A stretch of DNA of 64,000 nucleotides from Octopus vulgaris (GCA_951406725.2 OX597828.1:23312001-23376000); one strand, 5' to 3'. Numbered from the stretch's first letter, positions 1 to 14,258 are shown. Notes: generated by a model not told the origin, from the sequence alone. Numbers and translations are program-made.

Positions 1-76
1 TATTTTTTCTTTAATGTTCCTTATTTTCGATATTAAAAACAAGCTCAACGTCTCTATTTGTCTCTCTCTATCTTGC

Positions 77-138
<62 letters not shown>

Positions 139-142
139 TATG

Positions 143-215
<73 letters not shown>

Positions 216-312
216 ACATATATATATATATATATATATATGCATGCATATATATATACATATATATATATATACATATATATATATGTATATATATATA
301 AATATATATATA

Positions 313-352
<40 letters not shown>
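77..352. repeat. (TA)n microsatellite, representative of dozens in the window
   Basis: Direct inspection; other long tracts at 17745-17950, 47423-47518 and 48410-48770. Confidence 0.98.
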
Positions 353-354
<2 letters not shown>

Positions 355-703
355 AAAATACATGACCGTTTGTGTTTTTTCTTGCACTTACCCATTTAAA
401 ATTTCTAACCGATAAACAGAAAGATATTTAGATATTTAGATAAAGTAGATAGATATTAGTAGTGGAATGTGTATTTTTAGTATTTACCAATTACTACTAT
501 TACATTTAATCTGTTTTTAACATCTCCCTTTGTTTCAATCTGAAATTAAATCAAAATCAAAGAAATCGAAAATGGAAAGCGTTGTCAATTTACGAAACTT
601 CCATACTTTTAATGCTCTTTAATAACAAATATTATTACTACTATTATTGCTACTAATATTCCTCTAATTATATTAATGTAAGAAATCACTGTTATTGTTG
701 TTG

Positions 704-746
<43 letters not shown>

Positions 747-829
747 TATTATTATTATTTTTACTTCATTAATATATTTTCATTATCATCACAACTGTAA
801 TTACATTCTTAATATTATCATTATTATTA

Positions 830-869
<40 letters not shown>

Positions 870-944
870 CATTATTATTATTATTATCATTAGTGTCATT
901 ATTATCATCATCATTATCATCATCGTTATTGTTATTATTATTAT

Positions 945-1110
945 TATGAAATCGGCATGTTTCCCGTCTTTGCGTTCTTAGTTCAAAATTCGCAAAGGTC
1001 TGCCTCACCTTTCATCCTTTCGGGGTCGATAAATTAAGTAAGTGGTGGCGATAGAAACAACAAGTCCCCTGCCACAAAATCCCAAGCATTGTACCTGTAA
1101 TAGAAACGAT
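945..1110 (+). mobile_element. Partial tRNA-derived SINE, family B (Meta/MESC-like core)
   Basis: Contains CCTTTCATCCTTTCGGGGTCGATAAATTAAGTA, shared with many copies in the window. Confidence 0.7.
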
Positions 1111-1136
1111 TATTATTATTATTATTATTATTATTA

Positions 1137-1182
<46 letters not shown>

Positions 1183-1204
1183 CATCATCATCACTATTAT
1201 TATT

Positions 1205-1660
1205 CTTGACTTTTGCTTTGTATTTGTACAAGTTGACTTCAAGTCTCACCCAGAGACCTCAAGACACAACAAGTTAGAAGTTCAAGTTGGTGTTATGCCT
1301 AGCGTGTCATATATTTGGTTTTACACATAGTATTGTTGTAGAGAATGTTTAAGTAAGCGTAAGAAAATTATGAGTTTGTTTTCAAATTTGAGATTACATA
1401 GAGAGTATTTTATGTAGGATATGAGTAGTTGCCATGTGCAATATCTGTTGAATTTCTGCCGGTTTGGGGATTTTCCTGGTATCTGGGCTAGGTAAGAATC
1501 AGCCACTTTTTCTATCATTCCTAGGACACCTATGACAACAGGCATTGATTTAATTTTGGGGTTCCACATTTTGCCAATTTCAATTTAAAGATCTTTATAT
1601 TTGCTCAGTTTTTGTTGGATCTTCACAGATATATTTATGTGGATTGGAACTGTTATTACT
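1205..1660 (-). mobile_element. 3' fragment of an R4/Dong-like (restriction-like endonuclease) non-LTR retrotransposon
   Basis: Minus-strand translation KLSKYKDL..IEIGKMWNPKIKSMPVVIGVLGMIEKVADSYLAQIPG resembles the C-terminus of R4-clade ORFs. It is frameshifted and its 3' end abuts an (ATT)n tract. Confidence 0.7.
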
Positions 1661-1664
1661 ATTA

Positions 1665-1850
1665 TTCTATGTTTGACTTTTGCTTTACATTTGCACAATC
1701 TGACCCCAAGTCTCACCCAGAGACCTCAAGGGACAACAAGTTGGAAGTTCATGTTGGTGTTATGCTTAGGGTGCCATATATTTGGTTTTGTACTTAGTGA
1801 TGTACTAGAGAATGCCTAAAAAAACATACGAAAATTGTTTGTTTTAAAAT
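1665..1850 (-). mobile_element. Second, diverged 3'-UTR copy of the same R4/Dong-like element
   Basis: TTGACTTTTGCTTT...AAGTCTCACCCAGAGACCTCAAG...CATATATTTGGTTTT repeats the sequence at about 1206-1325. Confidence 0.7.
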
Positions 1851-1874
1851 TATAATTATTATTATTATTATTAT

Positions 1875-1937
<63 letters not shown>

Positions 1938-1938
1938 G

Positions 1939-1970
<32 letters not shown>

Positions 1971-1971
1971 G

Positions 1972-2002
<31 letters not shown>

Positions 2003-2006
2003 TTAC

Positions 2007-2054
<48 letters not shown>

Positions 2055-2749
2055 CATTATTTTGCTACTATTTTTAGTTATTGATTTCAGATCCCACCTG
2101 AGTCAACCTTGCGTTTTATTCTTTCGGTTTCGATAAAATAAATCCCATTTGTTTACTGGGTCCAATGTAATCGATTAGTTCCCAACCACAAACTTACATG
2201 TCACGTCACGACACTAGAAAGATTTATGTTGGTTGTTATTATTGATTATAGCGAACAACGTTTCTGTTCCGGTTCTATAAGTAATTAATTCAAATCCCAC
2301 GGATATCTTACGTGCCCTTCATAGGTGTTGAATCGCTAAATAAAATAGCAATAGAGATACAGTGTCAATTTGAACTGACACTTAATTATTAGATAAATTA
2401 TGATCATCATTGTCGTCGTCGCCGTCATCAACATAATCATCACCATCATCATTGCTTTCATCACTATCATCATCATCATCGTCAACATCATTGTCTTCGT
2501 GTTTATTGTCACCATCATTGCCATATTTATCATCATCAGTAAAAGGAATTCGAGATACCTGATGACCAACGAAATAATGTCCGTAAACATTTGTACGATA
2601 CTTGAACTTTGGACACAACCTATGTGATACGGCTGGGGTAGATGACTAAGAAGGAGTAGTGGTGAAAATATCATCCTAGTTTCCAAAAGGTAAAGATCAC
2701 AATAGCTGCAGCTGAAAAGAGAAACAAGTTTGATTCATTCTTAGAGTCT

Positions 2750-3130
2750 ACAACGTGCCTGAAAATTGCAGTATGCCAAGCGATTAATGGAGTTCAGAAT
2801 CAATTTGTTAACATAGCGGATCTTCTTTCTACTAGGTCGCAGGTTTTGTTTCATCTTTGAAATCTATCATCGTTAAGTCTATATTTTAAATAGTTTTATG
2901 GCCCTTGCTCTCATGAATTTTCCAGTCTAGTACCTTCTATCAAGACGTTTAAACAAGTCATCCATTTCTCTTCACAGGCGCATTATTTTTCAGCTGGGAA
3001 TACTGTTAGTCACAACGCATTTTATTTTCATAGCATATTTCCTAAATCTGCAGCGCTCTGGAACTAGCTATCATCGTTTTGCTTTCCTCTTCTCTGTTAT
3101 AATCAGTCCATTAAGCTTTCCGTCAATCGA
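2750..3130 (+). mobile_element. Highly decayed 3' end of a Jockey/CR1-group LINE
   Basis: Remnants of typical C-terminal motifs (YFK*FYGPCSHEFSSLVP ... SIFPKSAALWN*LSSFCFP ... KLSVNR) with stop codons. Confidence 0.45.
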
Positions 3131-4002
3131 CACCTTTTCAATTTATAATCACATTTACTTCTTCCGTTATAGTCCTAAACGTTACAGAAACCTCAAGCTT
3201 TGTTTGGCAGAATCGTTACAAAATGACGTTCATTATCATTATAGCAAATTCAGACAAATGCATATTTACCTCTCCCTAACTTCCGGAAAAGAATTAATCG
3301 TTTAGATATAATTTGTTTTTCTCCTCACTGTGGCTGTAATTAAAGTTCAATTAACATTTGTTACATAACTACATGTAGCATAAAAGTAATGAATTTAAGA
3401 ATGCTCCATATTCAATTGACAAACTCCTCAAAGTTCCGCTATATGGCGTTCTGCCTCTTTGATTTTCAAACATTAGCTTATAAACGCAAAACGCAAAAGT
3501 AAGCGAAGAAAACAGAACAAAAGTTGATATAGTTATCGCATGCATACATATACATACATATATATACTAGCATATTTGTTTGTTTATGTTTATGAGTATT
3601 TGTTTAATAGCTTTTTTGTTTTTTTGCATCATAGAGTCTTGATAAATAACTATTGTCAATAGCTTAAGCATAAAACGGTTACGTCCCTTGTTCTCCAAAC
3701 AACAGAAATGATACATCAAATGATCATACCACGTTTTAGTTATCTTTGTTTTTTTTTTCAGTATTTGTGTTTCTTTTTAAGCCATATCAATCAATGAATC
3801 AATTGTATACAGAGGGTAGACGAACCCTGGCATCAACCCGTGAAGGCCAATTTATTAATTCGACAAGTAGAGTTCTCTATTATGTTCTAATGGCCTTTGC
3901 AAATAGGCCTTTCAAGTTGCTAAAACATTATGCATGAACATATAAGTGGGGAGGGTGTTTCTCCGTGTCTGTGTTTGTGTATGTATTGTACATGTGTGTT
4001 CA

Positions 4003-4080
<78 letters not shown>

Positions 4081-4307
4081 TGTATGCATATGTATGTATA
4101 TTAACATACAGTCACACACATATATGTATATTATATGTATGTACATGTATATAAATGCATACATATAGTTGCATACATACACACACACACATATATATCT
4201 GTGTGTCTGTGTACTTGTGTGTGAGTGTATGTATGTGTATGTGATGTAATATTATTATTATCAATATTATCAACACAAATATTACTATATTTATTATAAC
4301 GATTTCG

Positions 4308-4365
<58 letters not shown>

Positions 4366-4741
4366 ATTATTATTAGTATTATCATTATTATTATTGTTGT
4401 TGTTGTTGTTGTATTGCTAGAGAGATAAGTGGTTATAGATAAACACCACGTTATCACGGAATCTGCTGCTCCCATTAACTTTATTGTTCCGTTGCTATTT
4501 CCCCGCTTCCATAGACATTTTTATATTTGCCTCGTCTCTTTAGGTATTCTAATTTTATGTCTGTATAAAAGTGTCACACATATACACATGTATATGTATA
4601 TATATATATATACATATATATATGCTTATTTGTATGTGTGTATCTTTATGTGTCTATGATTGTAGCTCCTTATCCCTGAGACTATATCTCTCTCGTTATG
4701 TTTCATATTTACGTTTGAGTAGCATAGAATGGCTCAAAAAA

Positions 4742-4782
<41 letters not shown>

Positions 4783-5296
4783 GCATAAATGAATATGTTT
4801 TGTTCATATTTATAGCTAGTGAAACAAACACTCATCAACAATAACAAAAACAACAGCAAGAACAATCACAACAACATCAATAGCCATGCTCAAATTCACA
4901 CGCACGCAAATATAGCAAAAACAAATGATATTGTAAAAATTAGAAGAAAAGCAAAGCAGTTAACGACATTGAAAATTTCATTAACAAAGAGATAATTTTA
5001 TAACAAAATAAAAGTCATTATAACAACCATTAGTGCCGACAAAAAAAAAACAACAACAACTAGAGCAACAAGAACCACAACCGCATCAACAACAGCAACA
5101 ACATAAAAAAAATAAACAAAATAATAATAATAGTAATAATAAAAGCATAACAAGGAAACAACATCAAGTATTTAAAACAGCGATATTAACTGCAACACTA
5201 TAAAAAACCCAACCAAATACAGGAATAACAAGAGAAATAACACAAATAATGATGACGACGATGATGATGATGATGATGATAATGATGATGATAATT

Positions 5297-5354
<58 letters not shown>

Positions 5355-5544
5355 GTGATAACGTAACTATTGCAGTTCTTACTGTTACTATTGTTATTAT
5401 TGGTACTATTATCGTTTTTATAGTCATTATTGATATTATTATATTAGTAGAATATGCAAATAATAGCAATAATGTTAATAGTTTTGAAAAATGCTCAGTG
5501 TTTAATAATACAAAAATGTGATGATGATGATGATGACGGCAGTT

Positions 5545-5615
<71 letters not shown>

Positions 5616-5998
5616 CATAGTGTGGCCATGTGAATTATGACAAAAATTATATCAATATTAAAAATATACATATTTAAAAAAAAACAAAAAAAAACAATAT
5701 TAATGAGCGTAATTATAGAGCAGCTTTAATATCAAGCAGCTGTTAAACGATTTCCTAAATGGTTTGGAATCTAATATGCGCAATGGCACAGACGAAAATG
5801 GTAGGAAAAATAAATGACTAAACGAAAGATAATGCAGTGAGGTAAAATGAGAAAGAGTCGCAGTGACAGCTGTATGTAGGTAGAAGAGGCAGAGACAAAG
5901 GAAAGGAGGAGTGATCGAAAGGGAGCAGGGTGAGGTGGTTGAGAACAGACTCGTTGCTGATGTCGTATTTTCCGACACAAAACAAGAAGCTTTCGCAG

Positions 5999-6029
<31 letters not shown>

Positions 6030-6660
6030 ATGTATGTATGTATATATATATATGTTTGTATCTATGTATGTATATATATTTAGAAATATATATGTATATA
6101 TATATATGTGTATATTTATATCTATAGATATATACTTATATAGAGATAGATATATTGATAGATATATGCTTCTATATATTTACACACATACACACATACG
6201 TAAACACACGCACACATATACACGTTTATATATATACATACATGCATACATACATACATACTTATACATATATATATATATATATAATTGTGTATATGAG
6301 CAAAATACACGTAAATATACACGCACGTGTGAAGGTACATGCTTATAATCAAATATACTTATATAAAAATATATCTTCCTATCTACCTATTCTTTATCTA
6401 TCTATTGTATATGTGTGTGCTTATGTGTCTGTGTGTGTATGTGTGTTTGTGTGTGTGTATTCGTATCTATAGTTTTGTATACATATACATGTGTGTGTAT
6501 AAATATACATATAGAGATAGATATAGATAGTGATTGATAAATAGACCGACCGATAGTTGATCGATTGAGAGATACACATATATATGTTTAATATGCGTAT
6601 ATATCAATATTTACATGTCTATATATGTATATATATGTATACATACCTACATAAATACGT

Positions 6661-6696
<36 letters not shown>

Positions 6697-7199
6697 TACA
6701 TAAAACAATACTCAATGCTCAATAGCCAATATGCTTATTCTATAGAGATGCTGTTTTGTATAGCTGTGATTACACACATATACCAGTCACTGTGTGTGTA
6801 TGTGTGTATATGATATTGTTTATGATTATGTATATGTGATCTTCTTTCAGAATGTTATACGTCTGTGTAACCATACGTGTATATGTATGTAAGTACATGT
6901 TTGTGTGTGCGTGTGCGTATTTACGGAAAATATGTGACACAGTGCCACATATGACCCAGCTACGCTAATAGCGCTCTGCTAAAAGTACTTATATACGTCT
7001 CTTACTCATCCTTACCAAATTTTGACTATAAAAACCTCATTATACACGCACACACAAATACATATAAATACATTTACATATACATCTATATTTACGCACT
7101 CACACATGCACACACACACACACATATATATATGTATGTGTGTGTAAATACACACATATGTATGTCTACATGTACATAAACGTGTACGTTTAAGTATGC

Positions 7200-7258
<59 letters not shown>

Positions 7259-7302
7259 AAACCTATGTTTATGAACTTATTCTATTATATATACGTATAG
7301 AT

Positions 7303-7364
<62 letters not shown>

Positions 7365-7769
7365 TGGGTGTGTGTGTGCGTGTTAATACACGTACACACA
7401 GACAAAAAGTATTTCACATACGTACACAGAAGATAGATATGCTACCCGAAATACATAAACGGAACCACTGAAACCGATATATATATATATGATGTTCACC
7501 GACATAATTGGACATTTGAAAATGACGACAAAAAAAGAAAAACTCTATATTTTCGAATATTGATTTTTGTTACAAATACTGTAATCTTGGCCATTAGCAA
7601 TTTGTGCTTGTAGATGGGTTATTAAAATTACTCGGAGGAATTCGTATCGCTAAATGATTACCGAATGAGTTCGTCGACTGAAAAATATATTTACTTTAAA
7701 ATGTGCTTTGCTTCTGTACACTGCATGAATATACATAACACAATAATGAAAAAATAGTAATAAGCAAGC

Positions 7770-8310
7770 TGAAGGCCTTGGGCTGGGAGAATTTTCACCA
7801 CGCCGGGCAAATTATGTCGCAGTATTTCTTTCTAAATTGTTACCACGCCGGGCGAATTATTTCACAGTCTTTCGTTCTCAATTGTTACCACGCCGGGCAA
7901 ATTCTTTCGCATTATTTCGTTCTAAGTTCAAATTCCGCCAAGATCGACTTTGCCTTTCATCCTTTCGGGGTCGATTAAATAAGTACCAGTTACGCACTGG
8001 GATTGGTATAGTCGATTTAATTCGTTTGTCTGTCCTTGTTTGTCCTTTCTGTGCTTAGCCCCTTGTGGGTTGTAAAGAAATAAGTATTTCTTTCTCAATT
8101 GTTACCACGCCGGGCAAATTCTTTCGCATTATTTCGTTCTAAGTTCAATTTCCGCCGAGGTCGATTATGCCTTTGATCATATCGGGGTCTATAAAATAAG
8201 TACCAATTTGGGGGTCGTTAAAATAAGTACCATTGGAACACTGGGATCGTTATGATTGGCTTCCACCTTCCACTGAATCTGCTGGCCCGGGTCAACACTT
8301 GAAACTAATA
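7770..8310 (+). mobile_element. Nested/tandem family B SINEs with a 45-bp head segment repeated
   Basis: ACCACGCCGGGC unit at about 7795, 7840, 7885 and 8102; B-box-like GTTCAAATTCC; family B core; tail CCCCTTGTGGGTTGTAAAGAAATA. Confidence 0.8.
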
Positions 8311-8599
8311 ATAATCAGACTGTACTGTTAACCATTTTCTTACCATTCTCTGCTCCTTGTATTCTTATTCAAGATGTGAGTTTTAAGACTATTGTCCATT
8401 AGTGAATAATTTCATCATTTTGGGGATTGTTTTACTTGTATTACAATTGTTGCTTTATCAAAAGTGAATGTTCTATGCTGTGGAGAAAGTATCATGTTTG
8501 CCTATGATTCAGGTCAGGTCATGTATGGCAGCATATAACGTGATAGCACATTGCAGTATCTGCCATTTTTTCTGTATTTACTCGTATCATACCGGGGAA

Positions 8600-8980
8600 C
8601 TCTACGCGCTGTCACTTAGTCAGTTTCCATCTCCGCGACATACTTCCTCATCTGCCGTGACCATATGGCATCTGGTCGACCACGAGGAGACAACTCCCAA
8701 GTCGGATACTCAGAGAAGAGAACATGGAACGCAGTAGACGACACGGGGAATCGACCAGCTCCTGCAAAGAGCTGACGCTCCCGAATTATGCGATAAATGG
8801 ACGCATCTTATTTTCTGACTATATACGCTTGTTCAGTAGGAAATCCGATTAATGGTAGTCCATGATTTTATGAAGCACCCTGGTACTACACGAAATCAGG
8901 CAGTTTCTACGCATCCCGAAGAATTCCCGAGTCTCGCAACAGTTGAGAAAGACGCGGAGGACCAGAGACCGAAACACTTG
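8600..8980 (-). mobile_element. Decayed C-terminal fragment of an RTE-clade LINE
   Basis: Minus strand gives LHKIMDYH.SDFLLNKR...IIRERQL...RFP...SPRGRPDAIWSRQM, matching the RTE C-terminal pattern (LRRIxxxxW...RxRQL...RPRGRP..W). Confidence 0.6.
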
Positions 8981-9064
8981 AAATTTTGTGTACCTATTCA
9001 GATATCGATGGTAGGTTCAACGTTAAATTAAGGAAATTCTACAAGTTACTGCTCTTTCAAACGA

Positions 9065-9320
9065 TGGCACTCCGTCGGTTACGATGAGTAACTTAGTGGA
9101 TTCGATCCACGAAAGAGTCTACTCGTGAAAGTAACGTGCCAGTGGCGGAGCACACGACTGACATGCATACTCTCAAAGTAACGTGAAAAAAATTTTATTA
9201 GATGAGTGAACTGGAGGAACGTTAAATAAACTTCAAGAACATAACGCGTTGCAAGGAATCGAACTCAAAAGGGGAAGATCGTGAGCCGAATGTCTTAACC
9301 ACCGTGGCAACGGCCTTCAC
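9065..9320 (-). mobile_element. Old diverged copy of SINE family C
   Basis: GCACTCCGTCGGTTACGA tail and tRNA-like head region align by eye with 52491-52870. Confidence 0.6.
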
Positions 9321-10679
9321 AAATTGCATAGAAATAGCACAATCTTTTGGTATTACAAAATTACGTAATGTATAATGTGAACGGATTTGTGAGCGATTAA
9401 GACGAATTGAGACCAAACAGTAATACCCTAAAACGACTCCTTTGTTGTGGTTAGCTTTTCTTTGCCATAGTTATTAACTTGACTGCGACAATACCAATGA
9501 ATCTTTCGTAAATTTCGGGTTTCTTCCATTAAATATAACCGCCAGATACTCACGAGATATCACACCATATCATACCTCTAATTCAGAAAGGATAATCGCA
9601 AACACTGTGTATATGTCTATCTCATCATCATCTCCATCTCTCTTTCTCTCTCTCTCACTTTCCCTCTCTCATTCTACCTCTCTCTCCCTTCCTATCTCTC
9701 CCTCTCTTCCCTTCTCTTTCCCTGTCTCTTCTTCTCTCATTGTGCATATACATACATGGTCACACGCAAACACAGAGGTAAATGTGTGTACACTTATATA
9801 TAAACGCGTATTATTTACACACACATACATATATGCGAGCATGCATGTGTATTTATATATATATATTGATAGACAGAAAGACAAACGGATGGACAAACAG
9901 GCAGACGAGCTGACGGACGGACGGACGGACGGACGGATGGACAGACAGATAGATATACATATACATCTGCACAAATTTGCACACGCGTATATACATATAT
10001 ACAAACACATGCATACACGTATAAATACATATATACGCACCTTACTTCTCAGTGACATAAGCATTCGAATATGTCTGAAACTTAGACAAATTTGTTCGAT
10101 CACAATTAAAGAATTGTTGCTAATGATCAAATTATTAATACTAGGAGAATTTTATCAAACTCTAAGAAGATAAGTGTTTAAGAAATTAGAGAAGATTATA
10201 CATAATATAATGTTTAAATACATTATAACTTACTTTGGAAAATAATCAGTACTAAGAACGAATTAAACAGTATTGTCGCATTATTGATATCGATAGAAAC
10301 ACTATTGTTCTAATTTAATAAAAATTGATTAAGAAGATTATAACAACAATGTGCTTCGTTTTTGTATCTGGTTCGCAAGATGTATGTGAATGCTTGTGTT
10401 GAATTCACATAAGTATTGTAAATCAGATTTATGCGAATTCGTGTGTTGAAGCAAATTCTGTTCTCTGGCGGGTGGGTCATTCTGAGAATATCAGTAACAC
10501 ACACACTGGTACAATTGCACTCCTGTATTATTAACCAGTTGGTTAACTATCCAACTAACTAATCGATTGATTGTTTAACTTGGTTAAACAAACAATCGGT
10601 TAGAATGGTGGATAACCAGTGCGTGTGTTGATGATAATAACTTCACATTTTGACTCAAGTTCAACAATATCTTATGAGG

Positions 10680-10850
10680 GGGCAAGTCGATTACATCGAA
10701 CCCAGTAAGCAACTGGTACTTATTTTATCGACCCCGAAGAAATGAAAGTCAAAGTTGATCCCGGTGGCAGTAGAACTCAGAACGTAAAGACGGATAAAAT
10801 ACTGCCAAGCATTTTTCCCAGCGTGCAAAAGATTCTGCCAGGTTACTGCC
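10680..10850 (-). mobile_element. Family B SINE, reverse orientation
   Basis: CTGGTACTTATTTTATCGACCCCGAAGAAATGAAAG is the reverse complement of the family B core. Confidence 0.7.
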
Positions 10851-11395
10851 TTACGTGTGTTAATAATATTGGCATTATGACTATCCCTAGACACAACAAA
10901 ACTACAAAGTATTCAACTTTGGAGAATATGATACGCTGATAAACGTGGGAGGCGTTCATATTGATATGACACCAGTGCATTAGTTGTTAGTCGATAGGAG
11001 CGTGACTAGTTTTTTAAAAAATCAAGCCTAACAACTAAAACGATATTGAAGAAAACATAGTCAAGAGACATCTTGACAATACTTGATATTATGTGCCATG
11101 CGAATTAAAATATCCCACCACTATTTTGAAATTACAAACCATGCAATTACTGCCACGGAATGAAGAAATTTTAAACATGAACGAAGAAGCGAGCGGATTC
11201 ATAGAATCCTGATTCCAATTTTACCAAGTAATGACTTGTAGCATCAGGGCGGGAAATACAATTTCCGTTAAAATATAGAAAAGTGATGGTTTAAGAATTT
11301 CAGGCATGTCCATGAAATTTCTTTCATAGTTATAGGGATGCGTATTCTCACACAAAAAAACACTCACATATACACGCAAGGGTACATTTAAAGCG

Positions 11396-11402
11396 AGATA
11401 AG

Positions 11403-11454
<52 letters not shown>

Positions 11455-11519
11455 CAGACAGACACACAGACAGACAGACACACAGACAGACAGACAAACA
11501 CACAGACAGACACACAGAC

Positions 11520-11596
<77 letters not shown>

Positions 11597-11597
11597 T

Positions 11598-11676
<79 letters not shown>

Positions 11677-11677
11677 T

Positions 11678-11754
<77 letters not shown>
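11396..11754. repeat. (GATA)n/(GACA)n compound tetranucleotide microsatellite
   Basis: Direct inspection; similar tracts at 49995-50192, 54026-54129 and 55060-55196. Confidence 0.97.
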
Positions 11755-11768
11755 AAGTGATACTGACA

Positions 11769-12150
11769 GTGAGGGGAAATTGTCGAATCACCATCCGTGA
11801 GTTACCAGAGGATGTGCAGATTAGTTACGGTTCAGTCGCGTGTCTGTCACTTTGTGCGAAAACTGCTTTCAGCTGACCAAAAAGACACTCGGGTTTCAGT
11901 TGCACAAGATCTCCTTGATTGTGTTGAGAACGATGAAAACTTTTTTGAAACCATTGCGTATGCCTTTGAGCAGGTATCGCCAAGCTTTGGGCAAAATTTG
12001 ATGCAGATTCCTTGCTCAGCTTCCTCTGTCATCGTCATTGCGACGATCAAATGTTACACACGTTCCTTCCAAGCACTACTGTAAACAACGAAAATGAGAG
12101 CTAGAACGTGAAAACTTAGTGCGCATGGGCAGTAGTGATCAAGGTCTATC
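11769..12150. mobile_element. Rearranged mariner transposase relic (middle part on +, N-terminus on -)
   Basis: + strand: [58 protein letters not shown]. - strand (about 12035-11950): MTEEAEQGICIKFCPKLGDTCSKAYAM. Both are characteristic mariner segments. Confidence 0.75.
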
Positions 12151-12236
12151 TGTGCCAAACGGTTTCGTCATTATGACAACAATTCGAATATTTATTGTTC
12201 AGATGATGTACATACGCGCGTATGCGTGTGAGATGT

Positions 12237-12295
<59 letters not shown>

Positions 12296-12571
12296 AGTTA
12301 GTTAGTTAGTTAGTTAGTTAATATATATATATATATATAATAGATAGAGAGTGGATTAAAATTCACAATGGGGTTTCAAATTTTAATAAATTCGTTTCCA
12401 ATACATTTTTGTATTTGTAATATACAATATGTAATATACAAGATGTGATTTGAACTTCTAACATACATATATTTATTATACACTTGCTGTACATAATGCT
12501 AAGGAATTGTAAATTTAGAAGAGAACATAACTGAAATACTAACACCTTCGTGACTTTTGGGCCAATCTGTA

Positions 12572-12637
<66 letters not shown>

Positions 12638-13445
12638 TTATAAGAAGTAATTATGTGATTGAGACCCAAAGTTGTCAGATAATGCTGAGTAAGTGCTATA
12701 GACACACCATAGTTAAGTTCCAGGTTCTGTGATTTTGAGAATAAGGGGTACAACTTTGGTCATATGTGACCGTGTGTATAAAGAATTTTTGCGTAATGGG
12801 CTAAAAAATCTAACGCTGTGTAGATGTTAGAACATTTATAGATAGAAAGTCTTACAGCTGTTTCCAGGATATTTATTAATTATATCCCTTCATGGGAGAC
12901 GGTGTGAGAGGATGCTTAAGTAATAATCTATTTAGATGGGATACAAAATAGAGAGTGTAGTGGACATATATGGTTATGTATATATACTGACGTTTAAAAT
13001 GCAACAGTAACATCGACGTCGGTCGGTCTTACATTACAGTGAAAAAGTATCACATCAACTCACATTTTTCACGAGTTCTTCCGTTTTTTGCCGAGGCATT
13101 TCCTGTGAATCAATAACAACAACAATAATAATAATAATTATATAAGAACATCAATCAAAATAATGTGGATGATTTCGGTATTGACCACAAGTGGCAACAT
13201 ATCGCCACATTTACGATAATGTTGAAGGATACACAATAGAAAATAGACTTGAATAAATAGTTAAATATGAGGTGTGATGGGGAAAAAACTGCAATTGATT
13301 CGGATATTATAAACACAGAAATCTATGTGTATTTCTGCACATAGAACACATATAAATTGGATACACACACGCATACAATCACCCACAAAAGTATATATTA
13401 AATATAAATGTATATATATATTACATATACATTTATATACGTACA

Positions 13446-13493
<48 letters not shown>

Positions 13494-13640
13494 CACACAT
13501 ATATTCATATATAAATTTCTTTGAATATAATCTTTATACATTTGTATAAATATAAATTACATATATGTGGGTGAATGTATGTGTATGTATATACATAGAT
13601 AAAAAATAGATAGATAGATAGATGATATATGATAGATAGG

Positions 13641-13671
<31 letters not shown>

Positions 13672-13948
13672 GCGACCGGACGGACGGAAGGATATAAACA
13701 CGCACACAGATAAACAAGACAGAGGAACAGGCTGAGGGACATGTAGGTAGGTAGGTAGGTAGGTAGGTAGGTAGGTAGGTAGGTAGGCAGGTAGGTAGGT
13801 AGATACGTACACTTGCACATTTATACATAGTTATGTGCACACAGAGACCCACGTTTTTGTGTATGTACGTATGTGTGTGTGTATGTGTGTTTCTGTGTGT
13901 GTGTGTGTGTGAGTGTAAACAAATAATGAAATGTATATGCTTTTGTAG

Positions 13949-14000
<52 letters not shown>

Positions 14001-14197
14001 AAGTTCAGATTTGGAAATCAACAAACATTAAACGGGATCGCAGAGAGAAAGAAGGAACAAAGATGAAATGCACAGCAAATACAACAGTAAAAAATAACAT
14101 TCGGCGGCAATAAGCTTAACAATAACAAATATTAATGGAAACAACAACAACAACAAAAATATATCAATAGTAGGATATAACAGTACGAACAATATAA

Positions 14198-14258
<61 letters not shown>

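Noticed and set aside
14-399. YI/IY-repeat ORFs here and throughout (also poly-I, poly-N, poly-L, SIYL and CV/HT ORFs)
   Set aside because: Stop-free translations of (TA)n, (AAT)n, (GATA)n and (CA)n microsatellites with no coding signal.
7795-7930. Regularly spaced repeats superficially like a CRISPR array
   Set aside because: The intervening sequences are homologous to each other and to the SINE head; eukaryotic context and no cas genes.
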